Shown here piece after piece: positions 45,937 through 54,818 of a DNA stretch of 62,232 bases. The DNA lies in assembly GCA_039812705.1 (NCBI GenBank), contig JBDIBA010000005.1, positions 1 through 62,232 on the forward strand, written 5' to 3'. Each line of letters opens with the position of its first letter. The stretch's first letter is position 1. Source of the stretch: Acidimicrobiia bacterium. Its GTDB lineage: Bacteria > Actinomycetota > Acidimicrobiia > Acidimicrobiales > JBBSGY01. Position numbers and translations under genes: made by a program. The notes under the pieces were generated by a model that saw nothing but the letters and a program-made list of their open reading frames with translations, was not told where the DNA came from and did no database searches.

Positions 45937-46521
45937 ATGCTGTATCCCGAAGTTTGTCCACTATGTAGTACTTGCGGTGTCGCGCCGTGCCAGGTGTGTG
46001 GGTCAAAAGTCAAGGCTCCGGGCGGCGTCGCATCGGCGCCACCGGGCGTTGACGGTTTGTTTTCGTTAACGCTGTATGAAGACCTTGGTGCCCAACTGGT
46101 GCGCGCAATCAAGTTTCAGAACAGGCGAGACTCGCTGCGTTGGGCCGCCGCCGAGATTGCCGGCCAGGTCGGCATGTTTTCTTTCGATGTCGTCACTTGG
46201 GTCCCTTCTTCGAAGGCATCGCTGAGGCACCGCGGTTTCGAACCCGCGAGCCTGGTGGCCGATCAGGTTGCGAGGAGGCTGAACGTTGATTCCGCTGGGT
46301 TGCTCAGCCGTCGTCGTGACGACGTGGGCCAGCGAACGAAAACTCGTCGTGACCGCCTTGATGGCCCGGCATTGCGCCTCCGACGTTCGGTTCCTGGCCC
46401 AGCGGTCTTGCTGATTGACGACGTGGTGACAACTGGCGCCACATTGACGACCGCTGCTGGGGTCCTGCGTGACGGCGGAGCAAGGTTTATCTATGCCGGG
46501 TGTCTGGCTCGGAAGACGTAG
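45937..46521 (+). CDS. comF: ComF family phosphoribosyltransferase-like protein
   Basis: It has an N-terminal Cys cluster (CPLCSTCGVAPCQVCG) and the PRTase motif VLLIDDVVTTGATL. Confidence 0.82.
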   Translation: MLYPEVCPLCSTCGVAPCQVCGSKVKAPGGVASAPPGVDGLFSLTLYEDLGAQLVRAIKFQNRRDSLRWAAAEIAGQVGMFSFDVVTWVPSSKASLRHRGFEPASLVADQVARRLNVDSAGLLSRRRDDVGQRTKTRRDRLDGPALRLRRSVPGPAVLLIDDVVTTGATLTTAAGVLRDGGARFIYAGCLARKT

Positions 46522-46811
46522 GCGCTGTTGTTTCTCTACAATTGCGGTCACCGTGCGCGGGTCTGTGGTTGAAAGTCGATGCCAGTCGCAGGCGAAACGA
46601 CCCACGTAAGGCGGTTTTTCCGCTGATCATGGTGCGGCTTAGAAGTAAGTCCTGTGCGGGCGAGTCGGTGAAACTCACCGCGGCCGGCAGGCAGGTGTGG
46701 GGTCAAAGACCAGGTCAGCCGCGCACGGTACTTGCGTCATGTCGTCATCTGATGTTTCGTGGTCGAAGCGCGAGCCGCTAAAGGCCCCGGCTCGGTAAGG
46801 TTGCGGCCATC

Positions 46812-49655
46812 ATGGGTATTTTCGACAGACTTCTTCGTGCAGGTGAGGGTCGCAAGCAGCGCGCACTTGCATCTCTTGTTCCAGATATCAACGCCCTGGG
46901 CCCAGAGATGGAGCGTCTTTCCAACCAGCAGCTGGCCGCTAAGACGGCAGAGTTCCGCGGGCGGGTAGACCGAGCACTTGGTGACTTTGACAAGAGGGCA
47001 GCCAAGGAAGCACACGACGAAGACCTTGAGCTGCAGCGCGCGGCTGAAACCGATGAAGCCGAGCTTCACCCAGAAGAAGCAGCCGAGTACGAAAAGGCTC
47101 TCGAAGAAAACCGCCAGCGCAAAGAGCAGCGAGAAAAGCAGCGCAAGGAAAAGATTGAAGAGGTGCTGAACGACTCGTTGATCGAGGCGTTTGCAGTTGT
47201 CCGCGAAGCCTCCGTTCGTTCTACGGGTCAGCGCCACTACGACGTGCAGCTAATGGGTGGTGCGGCACTTCATTTCGGCTGGATTGCCGAAATGAAAACC
47301 GGTGAGGGAAAGACTCTTGTTTCGACTCTTCCTGTTTATTTGAATGCAATCAGCGGCCTTGGCGTTCACGTGGTCACGGTTAACGACTATTTGGCAAGTC
47401 GCGACGCGCACTCAATGGGTCGAGTTCACGGTTTTCTGGGCCTCGACGTTGGCATCGCGCTGCCCGGAATGTCGCCTGATCAAAAACGACTTGCTTACGC
47501 AGCGCCAATTACATACGGCACAAACACAGAGTTCGGGTTCGACTATCTGCGTGACAACATGGCGCGCAGCCGTTCCGAGATGGTGCAGCGCAGTCACCAC
47601 TTTGCGATTGTCGACGAGGTCGACTCCATTCTCATCGACGAAGCGCGTACGCCACTCATCATCAGTGGTCCCGCATCGGAATCCGCCAAGCTGTATTACC
47701 AATTTGCAGGTATTGCTCGCACGCTTAGGCGCGACACCGATTATGAAATCGACGAGAAGAACCGCACGGTTTCACCAACCGAGGCGGGAATCGAAAAGGT
47801 CGAGCGGGCTCTTGGCGTCGACAACCTCTATGACCTGTCTGCAGTCAGCTACGTGCACCAACTAACTGCGGCGTTGAAGGCCAAGGAGCTATATCACCGC
47901 GACAAGGAATACATCGTTTCTGACGGTGAAGTGAAAATTGTCGACGAGTTCACGGGCCGTGTTTTGGATGGGCGTCGTTGGTCCGACGGCATTCACCAAG
48001 CCGTTGAAGCCAAAGAGCGCCAACGGATTCAAGAAGAGAACCACACTTGGGCAACGGTCACGCTGCAGAACTACTTCCGCATGTACGACAAGTTGGCGGG
48101 CATGACGGGTACCGCCGAAACCGAAGCCGCCGAGTTCTCAAACACATACAAGATGCCCGTTGTTCCTATTCCGACGCACCGTGGAATTGACCGTGCCGAC
48201 GAAGGCGACCTCATCTACAAGTCTGAGATGGGAAAGTTCAACGCCATCGTTGCCGACATTGTCGACCGCAACATCGACGGCCAGCCCGTGCTTGTCGGTA
48301 CTGCCTCGGTCGGAAAGTCCGAGATACTTTCGCGGTTGTTGACCATGAAGGGCGTTCGCCACGAAGTGCTCAACGCAAAGCAACACGCGCGCGAGGCCGA
48401 AATCATCACCCAGGCCGGACGCATTGGTGCTGTGACCGTTGCAACCAACATGGCTGGGCGTGGTGTTGACATCTTGCTGGGCGGAAACGCCGAGGGTCTT
48501 GCGCGTCGCGATGTCATTTCGGCCGGGCTTGACCCCAACAGTGAAGAAGGCCAGGCTCACTTCCAGCGGGTGTTGCCACGATTCCGTCAGCAGTGCAAGG
48601 AAGAAGGCGACCAGGTTCGCGAGCTTGGCGGTTTGTACGTGTTGGGCTCCGAACGCCATGAGTCTCGCCGCATCGACAATCAGTTGCGCGGTCGTGCGGG
48701 CCGTCAAGGCGACCCCGGTGAGAGCCGCTTCTACCTCTCGCTCGAGGACGAACTCTTGCGGCTGTTTGCAGCCGGAGCAATGCAGTGGGTTATGGGTCGT
48801 GCGTTTCCAGACGACCAGCCGATCGAGGCCTCGATGGTCACCAAGGCAATTGAGCGTGCGCAAAGCCAGGTGGAGGGCAAGAACGCCCAGGTTCGCAAGG
48901 AAACGCTCAAGTACGACGAGATGTTGAACCAGCAGCGCAAGGTGATCTACGCGCGGCGCATGCAAATCATAGATGGCGATGATTTGCGCATGTACACGCG
49001 CACGTTGTTGCGCCACACCGTTGAAAACATTGTCGAGACCTACACGGACGAAAACACCGAGTGGGACCCCGAGGCAATGCTTGTCGAACTTGGCAACTAT
49101 TACCCGGTCAGCCTGCGAACATCTGATGTTGAAAACCTTGGTTCCGCCGACGAGATCATCGATGTGGTTGTGGCAGACGCATTTCGAGCCTTTACCGAAC
49201 GCGAAGTTTCAATGCCCGGTGGCGCCGAGACCATGCGCGCCTTCGAGCGCGAAGCCATGTTGCGCGTGATTGACCAGCGATGGCGCGATCACCTTGCCGA
49301 CATTGACTATTTGCGCGAAGGAATCAACTTGCGTGCAATGGCTCAGCAAGACCCGCTTGTTGCTTGGCAGAACGAAGGTTTTTCGATGTTCGGCCAGATG
49401 ATGTCGGCAATCGACGATGACTATTTGAAGCTTGTTATGCATGCAACCGTTGTGGCCGAACCCGTACCCGAACCAACAGCAGACATGAGCGAAGCAACGT
49501 TCACCGCAGCCGACGACCCTGTGCAGTCAATTGATTCACATGCCGGCGGTTCGCGTAACGCAATGCAGCCCAATGGCGGACAACACGATGGTGACGTCCC
49601 GCAAAATCGGGCCGAGAGAAGACGTATGGAAGCTCAGGCAAAACGACGTCGATAG
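46812..49655 (+). CDS. secA: preprotein translocase ATPase SecA
   Basis: AEMKTGEGKTLV, DEVDSILIDEARTPLIISG, TNMAGRGVDI and RIDNQLRGRAGRQGDPG. It carries a charged insertion near the N-terminus and has no C-terminal zinc-finger tail. Confidence 0.95.
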   Translation: MGIFDRLLRAGEGRKQRALASLVPDINALGPEMERLSNQQLAAKTAEFRGRVDRALGDFDKRAAKEAHDEDLELQRAAETDEAELHPEEAAEYEKALEENRQRKEQREKQRKEKIEEVLNDSLIEAFAVVREASVRSTGQRHYDVQLMGGAALHFGWIAEMKTGEGKTLVSTLPVYLNAISGLGVHVVTVNDYLASRDAHSMGRVHGFLGLDVGIALPGMSPDQKRLAYAAPITYGTNTEFGFDYLRDNMARSRSEMVQRSHHFAIVDEVDSILIDEARTPLIISGPASESAKLYYQFAGIARTLRRDTDYEIDEKNRTVSPTEAGIEKVERALGVDNLYDLSAVSYVHQLTAALKAKELYHRDKEYIVSDGEVKIVDEFTGRVLDGRRWSDGIHQAVEAKERQRIQEENHTWATVTLQNYFRMYDKLAGMTGTAETEAAEFSNTYKMPVVPIPTHRGIDRADEGDLIYKSEMGKFNAIVADIVDRNIDGQPVLVGTASVGKSEILSRLLTMKGVRHEVLNAKQHAREAEIITQAGRIGAVTVATNMAGRGVDILLGGNAEGLARRDVISAGLDPNSEEGQAHFQRVLPRFRQQCKEEGDQVRELGGLYVLGSERHESRRIDNQLRGRAGRQGDPGESRFYLSLEDELLRLFAAGAMQWVMGRAFPDDQPIEASMVTKAIERAQSQVEGKNAQVRKETLKYDEMLNQQRKVIYARRMQIIDGDDLRMYTRTLLRHTVENIVETYTDENTEWDPEAMLVELGNYYPVSLRTSDVENLGSADEIIDVVVADAFRAFTEREVSMPGGAETMRAFEREAMLRVIDQRWRDHLADIDYLREGINLRAMAQQDPLVAWQNEGFSMFGQMMSAIDDDYLKLVMHATVVAEPVPEPTADMSEATFTAADDPVQSIDSHAGGSRNAMQPNGGQHDGDVPQNRAERRRMEAQAKRRR

Positions 49656-49712
49656 CCAGACGCCACGGCGCACGAGTCGCGGCGCCGTTACGGCCTCCAG
49701 ACAAGGAAACAA

Positions 49713-50837
49713 GTGAAGGATTTTTCTGAAGCGCTTAGTGAACGCAGAGATCGCGTTCAGGCGGCGCGAAAGTATTTGAATATTGATGAAGGCCGAAAAC
49801 GTTTGGCGGAGCTTTCTGAGCAGGTTGCAGCGCCCGACTTGTGGGACGACCCTGAACGAGGTCGCAAGGTAAGCAGCGAGTTCACTGGACTCAGCGACGA
49901 CATCAACAACTACGACGACTTGTCGTCGCGCATTGACGATGCCGAAACGCTCTGGCAGCTGGGTGTTGAGGAAGGCGATGAGTCCGTCGAGTCGGAAGTC
50001 GAAGCGCAGCTGGCTTCAATCTCCGAATCGCTTGACCATATTGAGGTTCGTTCGTTGTTCTCGGGGGAGTGGGATAACCACGACGCCGTCTGCGAAATCC
50101 ACTCGGGTGCAGGCGGAACCGACAGCCAAGACTGGGCAGAGATGTTGTTGCGCATGCAGCTGCGCTGGGCCGAGCGCCACGGTTTCGAGGTCGAGCTTGA
50201 CGAAGTGTCGCCAGGTCAAGAGGCCGGAATCACCAGTGCAACTTTCATCATCAAAGGCCGTCAAGCCTACGGATGGTTGCAGTCAGAAAAAGGCGTGCAT
50301 CGGCTGGTCCGAATCTCGCCATTTGACTCTCAAGCAAGAAGACACACGGCGTTTTCGTCCATGGAAGTCACCCCGTTTTTCGAAGAAGCGGCAAACGAAG
50401 TCGACATCGACGAAAAGGACTTGCGCATCGACACATACCGCAGCTCTGGTGCGGGTGGCCAGCACGTGAACGTCACAGACTCTGCAGTGCGCATCACCCA
50501 CCTTCCAACGGGCATTGTCGCTAGTTGTCAAAACGAACGATCGCAGTTGCAAAACAAGAACCGCGCCATGGCAGTCCTTGGCGCCAAGCTTGCAGAGCGA
50601 GCCCGTCAAGAACGCCAAGCCGAAATTGCTGCAATCACGGGCGAGAAGGCAGAAGTCGGTTGGGGCTCTCAGATTCGCTCTTACGTTCTTGCGCCTTACC
50701 AAATGGTCAAAGACGAACGCACCAAGCATGAGTCGAGCAGCGTCAACAACGTGCTTGATGGCGACCTTGACGGTTTCATGGAGGCCTACCTGCGTTGGCG
50801 TCGTGCGAATGCAACTGCAGAAACCGACGACCAATGA
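49713..50837 (+). CDS. prfB: peptide chain release factor 2, encoded in a single frame
   Basis: 374 aa from GTG 49713. SPF (RISPFDSQ) and GGQ (SGAGGQHVN) are both present. There is no internal in-frame stop or shift site. Confidence 0.93.
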   Translation: MKDFSEALSERRDRVQAARKYLNIDEGRKRLAELSEQVAAPDLWDDPERGRKVSSEFTGLSDDINNYDDLSSRIDDAETLWQLGVEEGDESVESEVEAQLASISESLDHIEVRSLFSGEWDNHDAVCEIHSGAGGTDSQDWAEMLLRMQLRWAERHGFEVELDEVSPGQEAGITSATFIIKGRQAYGWLQSEKGVHRLVRISPFDSQARRHTAFSSMEVTPFFEEAANEVDIDEKDLRIDTYRSSGAGGQHVNVTDSAVRITHLPTGIVASCQNERSQLQNKNRAMAVLGAKLAERARQERQAEIAAITGEKAEVGWGSQIRSYVLAPYQMVKDERTKHESSSVNNVLDGDLDGFMEAYLRWRRANATAETDDQ

Positions 50838-51721
50838 ACCCAGAGGACCAGGCCGCGCCGCTTCCAAAGGTTGGAGTTGTTGTCGTCAATTACAACGCAG
50901 GGCCACATCTGGCGAACTGTGTTCGCTCATTGCAGGGCCAGCCAATTCACGACGTTGTGATTGTCGACAACGGCTCAAGTGATGGCTCTATCGATCAGTT
51001 GTTGGCCGAGTTTCCAGACGTGGCCGTTGTGCGTGGCAGCAACGTTGGCTTTGGTCGAGCCAATAATGATGGCGTTTCTCGCCTCGATGACGCGTGCCAG
51101 GTGTTTGCTCTGATCAACCCAGACACCGTGTTGCACGACAACGCTGTTGAAGTTGCCGTGCAAACACTGATGAGCAATCCGAAGTTCGGCGCGGTCGGCG
51201 CACGTCTCTTGAACATCGATGGCTCTGTGTATCCCTCTGCGCGCAAATTCCCGCGCACCATTAACGCCATTGGACACGGCGCGTTGTCTCTGTTTCGCCC
51301 GAACAACAGATGGTCGCGTCGCTACAAGCGACTGGACCAGAACTACGACGTCATGCACGACGTCGATTGGATTTCCGGCGCAGCCATGATCATCAGGCGA
51401 CAAGCGTGGGAATCCGTTGGTGGGTTTGACCACGGTTACTTCATGTATTTCGAGGACACAGACCTGTGTTGGCGAATGCGCGAGAAGGGCTGGCGAGTTG
51501 TCTACGAACCGCGTGCGCGCATTACCCACGTTCAAGGTGTTTCAACAAAGCGGCGTCCGTACAAGATGCTCAAGGAGCATCACCGTTCGGCAATTCGTTA
51601 CAACGTGAAAACTGCTCGCGGCATTGAAGTTTTCTTCCTTCCCGTATTGATTGTGGGACTGCTGGCACGGCTTCCCGTGGCCTGGCTCCAGCAGTGGCGC
51701 ACCCAGCGTGGCCAAAAGTAG
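50834..51721 (+). CDS. wbbL: GT2 glycosyltransferase, WbbL-like rhamnosyltransferase
   Basis: VGVVVVNYNAGPHL, VDNGSSDGS, GFGRANN, LINPDT, ISGAAMIIRRQAWESVGGFDHGYFMYFEDTDLCWR. It overlaps the prfB stop (ATGA). Confidence 0.75.
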   Translation: MNPEDQAAPLPKVGVVVVNYNAGPHLANCVRSLQGQPIHDVVIVDNGSSDGSIDQLLAEFPDVAVVRGSNVGFGRANNDGVSRLDDACQVFALINPDTVLHDNAVEVAVQTLMSNPKFGAVGARLLNIDGSVYPSARKFPRTINAIGHGALSLFRPNNRWSRRYKRLDQNYDVMHDVDWISGAAMIIRRQAWESVGGFDHGYFMYFEDTDLCWRMREKGWRVVYEPRARITHVQGVSTKRRPYKMLKEHHRSAIRYNVKTARGIEVFFLPVLIVGLLARLPVAWLQQWRTQRGQK

Positions 51722-51844
51722 CTAAGCGCGGTCATCCTCCGTGGTTTCAGACGGGGGAGCGCGCGAATTGTTCTGGTTAGTAACCCGCGCGCAAGTAGTC
51801 TCCTAAACGCATTGGCCGTCACCGGCACGGCAAAAAGACTCAAA

Positions 51845-52534
51845 ATGATCAAGCTCGAAAACGTCACCAAGACATACGACAACGACCACGTCGCACTAAA
51901 GGACATCTCGCTCGAGATCAATCGTGGCGAGTTTGTGTTCCTCGTCGGTTTGTCCGGCTCGGGCAAGAGCACTTTCTTGCGACTTCTGACGCGCGAGCAA
52001 TCGCCCGATACCGGCCGCATCTGGGTTGCCGGAAAGGACGTCAACGCGCTGCCTTCTTGGAAGGTTCCTTACCTCCGTCGCAATTTGGGTTGCGTGTTTC
52101 AAGACTTCAAGTTGCTGCCCAACAAGACCGTCAACCAAAACGTTGCTTTCGCGCTTGAGGTCATTGGCACCAGCCGCTCTGTTGTTCAAGCACAGGTGCC
52201 GCAGATTCTCGAGATTGTTGGTCTCGGCGGCAAGGGAAGCAGCTACCCCGATCAGCTTTCAGGCGGTGAGCAGCAGCGCGTGTCCATTGCGCGCGCGTTT
52301 GCCAATCGGCCGATGATCCTCTTGGCCGACGAGCCGACCGGAAACCTTGACCCCAGCACAACGCAGGGGATCATGCGGTTGTTGAATCGCATTAACGCGC
52401 TTGGCACGACGATCGTCATGGCCACGCACGACCAGAGCATTGTGAACACCATGCGTCGGCGAGTCATCCAGCTCGACCACGGACGTTTGGTTCGAGACGA
52501 AGACCAAGGCGCTTACGAGTACGAGGAAGTTTGA
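51845..52534 (+). CDS. ftsE: cell-division ABC ATPase FtsE
   Basis: MIKLENVTKTY, Walker A GLSGSGKST, signature LSGGEQQR and Walker B ILLADEPTGNLD. I trimmed the start to ATG 51845. Confidence 0.92.
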   Translation: MIKLENVTKTYDNDHVALKDISLEINRGEFVFLVGLSGSGKSTFLRLLTREQSPDTGRIWVAGKDVNALPSWKVPYLRRNLGCVFQDFKLLPNKTVNQNVAFALEVIGTSRSVVQAQVPQILEIVGLGGKGSSYPDQLSGGEQQRVSIARAFANRPMILLADEPTGNLDPSTTQGIMRLLNRINALGTTIVMATHDQSIVNTMRRRVIQLDHGRLVRDEDQGAYEYEEV

Positions 52535-53415
52535 TGCAACCGGGTTATGTAGTTCGCGAAACTGGTTCCAACCTGCGTCGCAACTTGATGATGTCGTTCG
52601 CGGCAATTCTCACGGTTGCCGTTTCATTGTCGCTTGTCGGCGGCGCACTGCTGGTGCGTCAAGGTGTTGCGAATGCAACGTATCGCTGGCGCGGTGGCAC
52701 AGAGCTGTCCATCTACATGAACCCAGATGCAACTCAAACGCAGATTGATGCAATCAAGAGCGGGCTGGACAACTCGCCCGAAGTAAAACGTGTGACGTTC
52801 GTCGACAAAGACGCGGCATTCGAAGAAGCAAAGAAGGTGTTGGCCGAAAGCCCAGACTCGCTGCAGGCGCTCAGCCCGCCGGTCATGCCAACTTCCTTTC
52901 GCGTTGTACCCAACGACACCAAGTTCATTGCAGGCCTAAAGGGTCGCTTTGCCGACCAGGCCGGCGTCATGTCTGTGCGATCCGCCGAAGAATCAATTGG
53001 CACCATGTTGCGCATCACCAGGGTGCTGCAAGTTGGCTTGTTCATCGTGGCGGTCCTGTTGCTGGGTTCGGCTTCGTTGCTGATTCTCAACACCATCCGC
53101 ATCGCAATTTTCGCTCGTCGTCGCGAGGTCTCCGTGATGAAGTTGGTGGGTGCAACCAACTGGTTCATTCGCGTCCCGTTCATGCTCGAAGGATTCCTCC
53201 AGGGCTTGCTCGGCGCGCTGTTGGCAGTGGGTGCAGTACTAGGCATTCGAGCCCTGCTGACACGAGTCTCAAACAGTCCAGATTTCACCCTGTTGAACCA
53301 AGTTGGAGTCACTTTTGGTCAGGCTTTGGGAACCGGCGTTGCCGTCCTTGTAGTGGGCGTTCTTGTCGGTGTTGGCGGTTCTTTGGTGGCGGTTCACAGG
53401 TTTCTTGAAGCTTGA
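52531..53415 (+). CDS. ftsX: cell-division permease-like protein FtsX
   Basis: It has four TM helices, an extracellular loop domain and MKLVGATNWFIRVPFMLEG. It overlaps ftsE (ATGA). Confidence 0.9.
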   Translation: MMQPGYVVRETGSNLRRNLMMSFAAILTVAVSLSLVGGALLVRQGVANATYRWRGGTELSIYMNPDATQTQIDAIKSGLDNSPEVKRVTFVDKDAAFEEAKKVLAESPDSLQALSPPVMPTSFRVVPNDTKFIAGLKGRFADQAGVMSVRSAEESIGTMLRITRVLQVGLFIVAVLLLGSASLLILNTIRIAIFARRREVSVMKLVGATNWFIRVPFMLEGFLQGLLGALLAVGAVLGIRALLTRVSNSPDFTLLNQVGVTFGQALGTGVAVLVVGVLVGVGGSLVAVHRFLEA

Positions 53416-53478
53416 GTTTTCTTCTTAGGGAAGTCGCCCGGTTGACTCATAAAAGTCACATTCCTTGCCGATAAAGAC

Positions 53479-54747
53479 ATGGTGAAGACGTCTCGCTTGC
53501 CTAAGCTTTTTCAAATGAAGACCTGGCGACGCACGGCCGGTGTTACCTCGTTAGCACTTCTCGCAATTAGCACTACTGCAGTTCCAGCGGTGGTTGCAGC
53601 AACAAGTTCGGAATCGAAACAGCGTCAAGCAAAAATCGGTAACCAGATCACAGACCTCTCCGATCAGGCCGACGAGCTCTCAGAGCAAGAAATTGAGCTT
53701 CTTACGCGCATGCGCGAAATCCAGGCTCGTAAGGCAGATCTAGACGGCCAGGTCAGCTCAATCAACGCGCAAATGGACGATGCTCGTCGTCAGATTGCAG
53801 CTGCGCAAAAGGTCGTTGATGACCAACGTAAGCGCGAAGCCGAAGCAAAGGCTCGTCTTGCCGAGGCCGAAGCGAAACTTGAAGAGTCCGCAGTCAAGAT
53901 GCGTCAACAAGCAGTCAATGCTTACGTTGGCGGTCAGACAGACAGCGAGCTTGCAAGTTTTGTACTTCGTTCCGACGACATGCGTGAGGCCTCGGCTGCA
54001 AGCGAGTACATCAACCAAGTTGTTGAAGTGCGTCGTCACATCGTCGAAGAGAACCGTGAATTGCGCGGGCAAGCTGACGATGCGGCAAAGCAAGTCGAAG
54101 GCGCGCGTAAGCAAGCCGAGGCTGCACTCGCAGTCGTTGCACAGCGTGAAGCAGATCTCAACGTCCAAAAGATTCAACTAGACGCGGTGTCTGCTCAGGT
54201 TGCTCAAGAAGCTTCTGCTCAAGCGGCCCTGGTTGCAGAGGTTGACTCCAAGCGCGATGAAATCAATGCTCGCATTGCCTCGCTGCAAGCCGAGTCAGAC
54301 CGCATTGGTGCCTTGCTGCGTCAGTCGGACACCCCCGGTGTTCCAGCGCCTCCTGCACGTCCTGGTGCATTGACTAACCCCGTTCCAGGTGCGCGCATGA
54401 CGTCACCGTTTGGTATGCGCGTGAACCCGGTCACCGGCGTTTATCGCCTCCACGCCGGTCAAGACTTTGGAATCTCGGTTGGCACTCCGCTTCACGCCGC
54501 AGAATCCGGCAAGGTTGTGCAGGCTGGATGGGTGAGTGGGTACGGCAACTACACCTGCATCAGTCACGGTGGCGGATTGGCTACGTGTTACGCGCACCAA
54601 AGCCAGATCATGGTTGGCGTTGGTTCCAACGTGTCTCGCGGTCAAGTCATTGGCCTCGGAGGCAACACGGGTAACTCAACGGGTCCTCACTTGCACTTTG
54701 AAGTGCGTGTGAATGGAAACCCGGTCAACCCGGTTGGCTACCTGTAA
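53479..54747 (+). CDS. coiled-coil M23 (LytM-type) peptidoglycan endopeptidase
   Basis: It has a signal/anchor segment and about 250 aa of heptad-like Q/E/A/R-rich coiled coil. The C-terminal M23 domain has HAGQD (HxxxD) and GPHLHFE (HxH) intact. Confidence 0.85.
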   Translation: MVKTSRLPKLFQMKTWRRTAGVTSLALLAISTTAVPAVVAATSSESKQRQAKIGNQITDLSDQADELSEQEIELLTRMREIQARKADLDGQVSSINAQMDDARRQIAAAQKVVDDQRKREAEAKARLAEAEAKLEESAVKMRQQAVNAYVGGQTDSELASFVLRSDDMREASAASEYINQVVEVRRHIVEENRELRGQADDAAKQVEGARKQAEAALAVVAQREADLNVQKIQLDAVSAQVAQEASAQAALVAEVDSKRDEINARIASLQAESDRIGALLRQSDTPGVPAPPARPGALTNPVPGARMTSPFGMRVNPVTGVYRLHAGQDFGISVGTPLHAAESGKVVQAGWVSGYGNYTCISHGGGLATCYAHQSQIMVGVGSNVSRGQVIGLGGNTGNSTGPHLHFEVRVNGNPVNPVGYL

Positions 54748-54818
54748 TTCGTCTCCGTGCTGCAGAGCAGTGCCGCATTGATTGCAGCGCTGCCCGACGT
54801 TCGTTGTCTACGCAGGCG

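Noticed and set aside
46640-46730. Possible SRP RNA or tmRNA, because ACCAGGTCAG occurs in the comF-secA spacer.
   Set aside because: The rest of the SRP domain IV signature (GGAAGCAGCC-type strand, GNRA tetraloop) is absent, and no tRNA-like acceptor end is present. I kept it only as a generic structured-RNA candidate.
46522-46811. A degraded hpf/raiA gene in the comF-secA gap.
   Set aside because: I translated all three forward frames by hand. They give short or Arg-rich products with no HPF-like beta-alpha-beta-beta-beta-alpha sequence pattern.
49713-49830. The programmed +1 frameshift site expected in prfB.
   Set aside because: The full-length RF2 (374 aa, with SPF and GGQ) reads through in one frame from GTG 49713. 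There is no in-frame UGA near codon 25.
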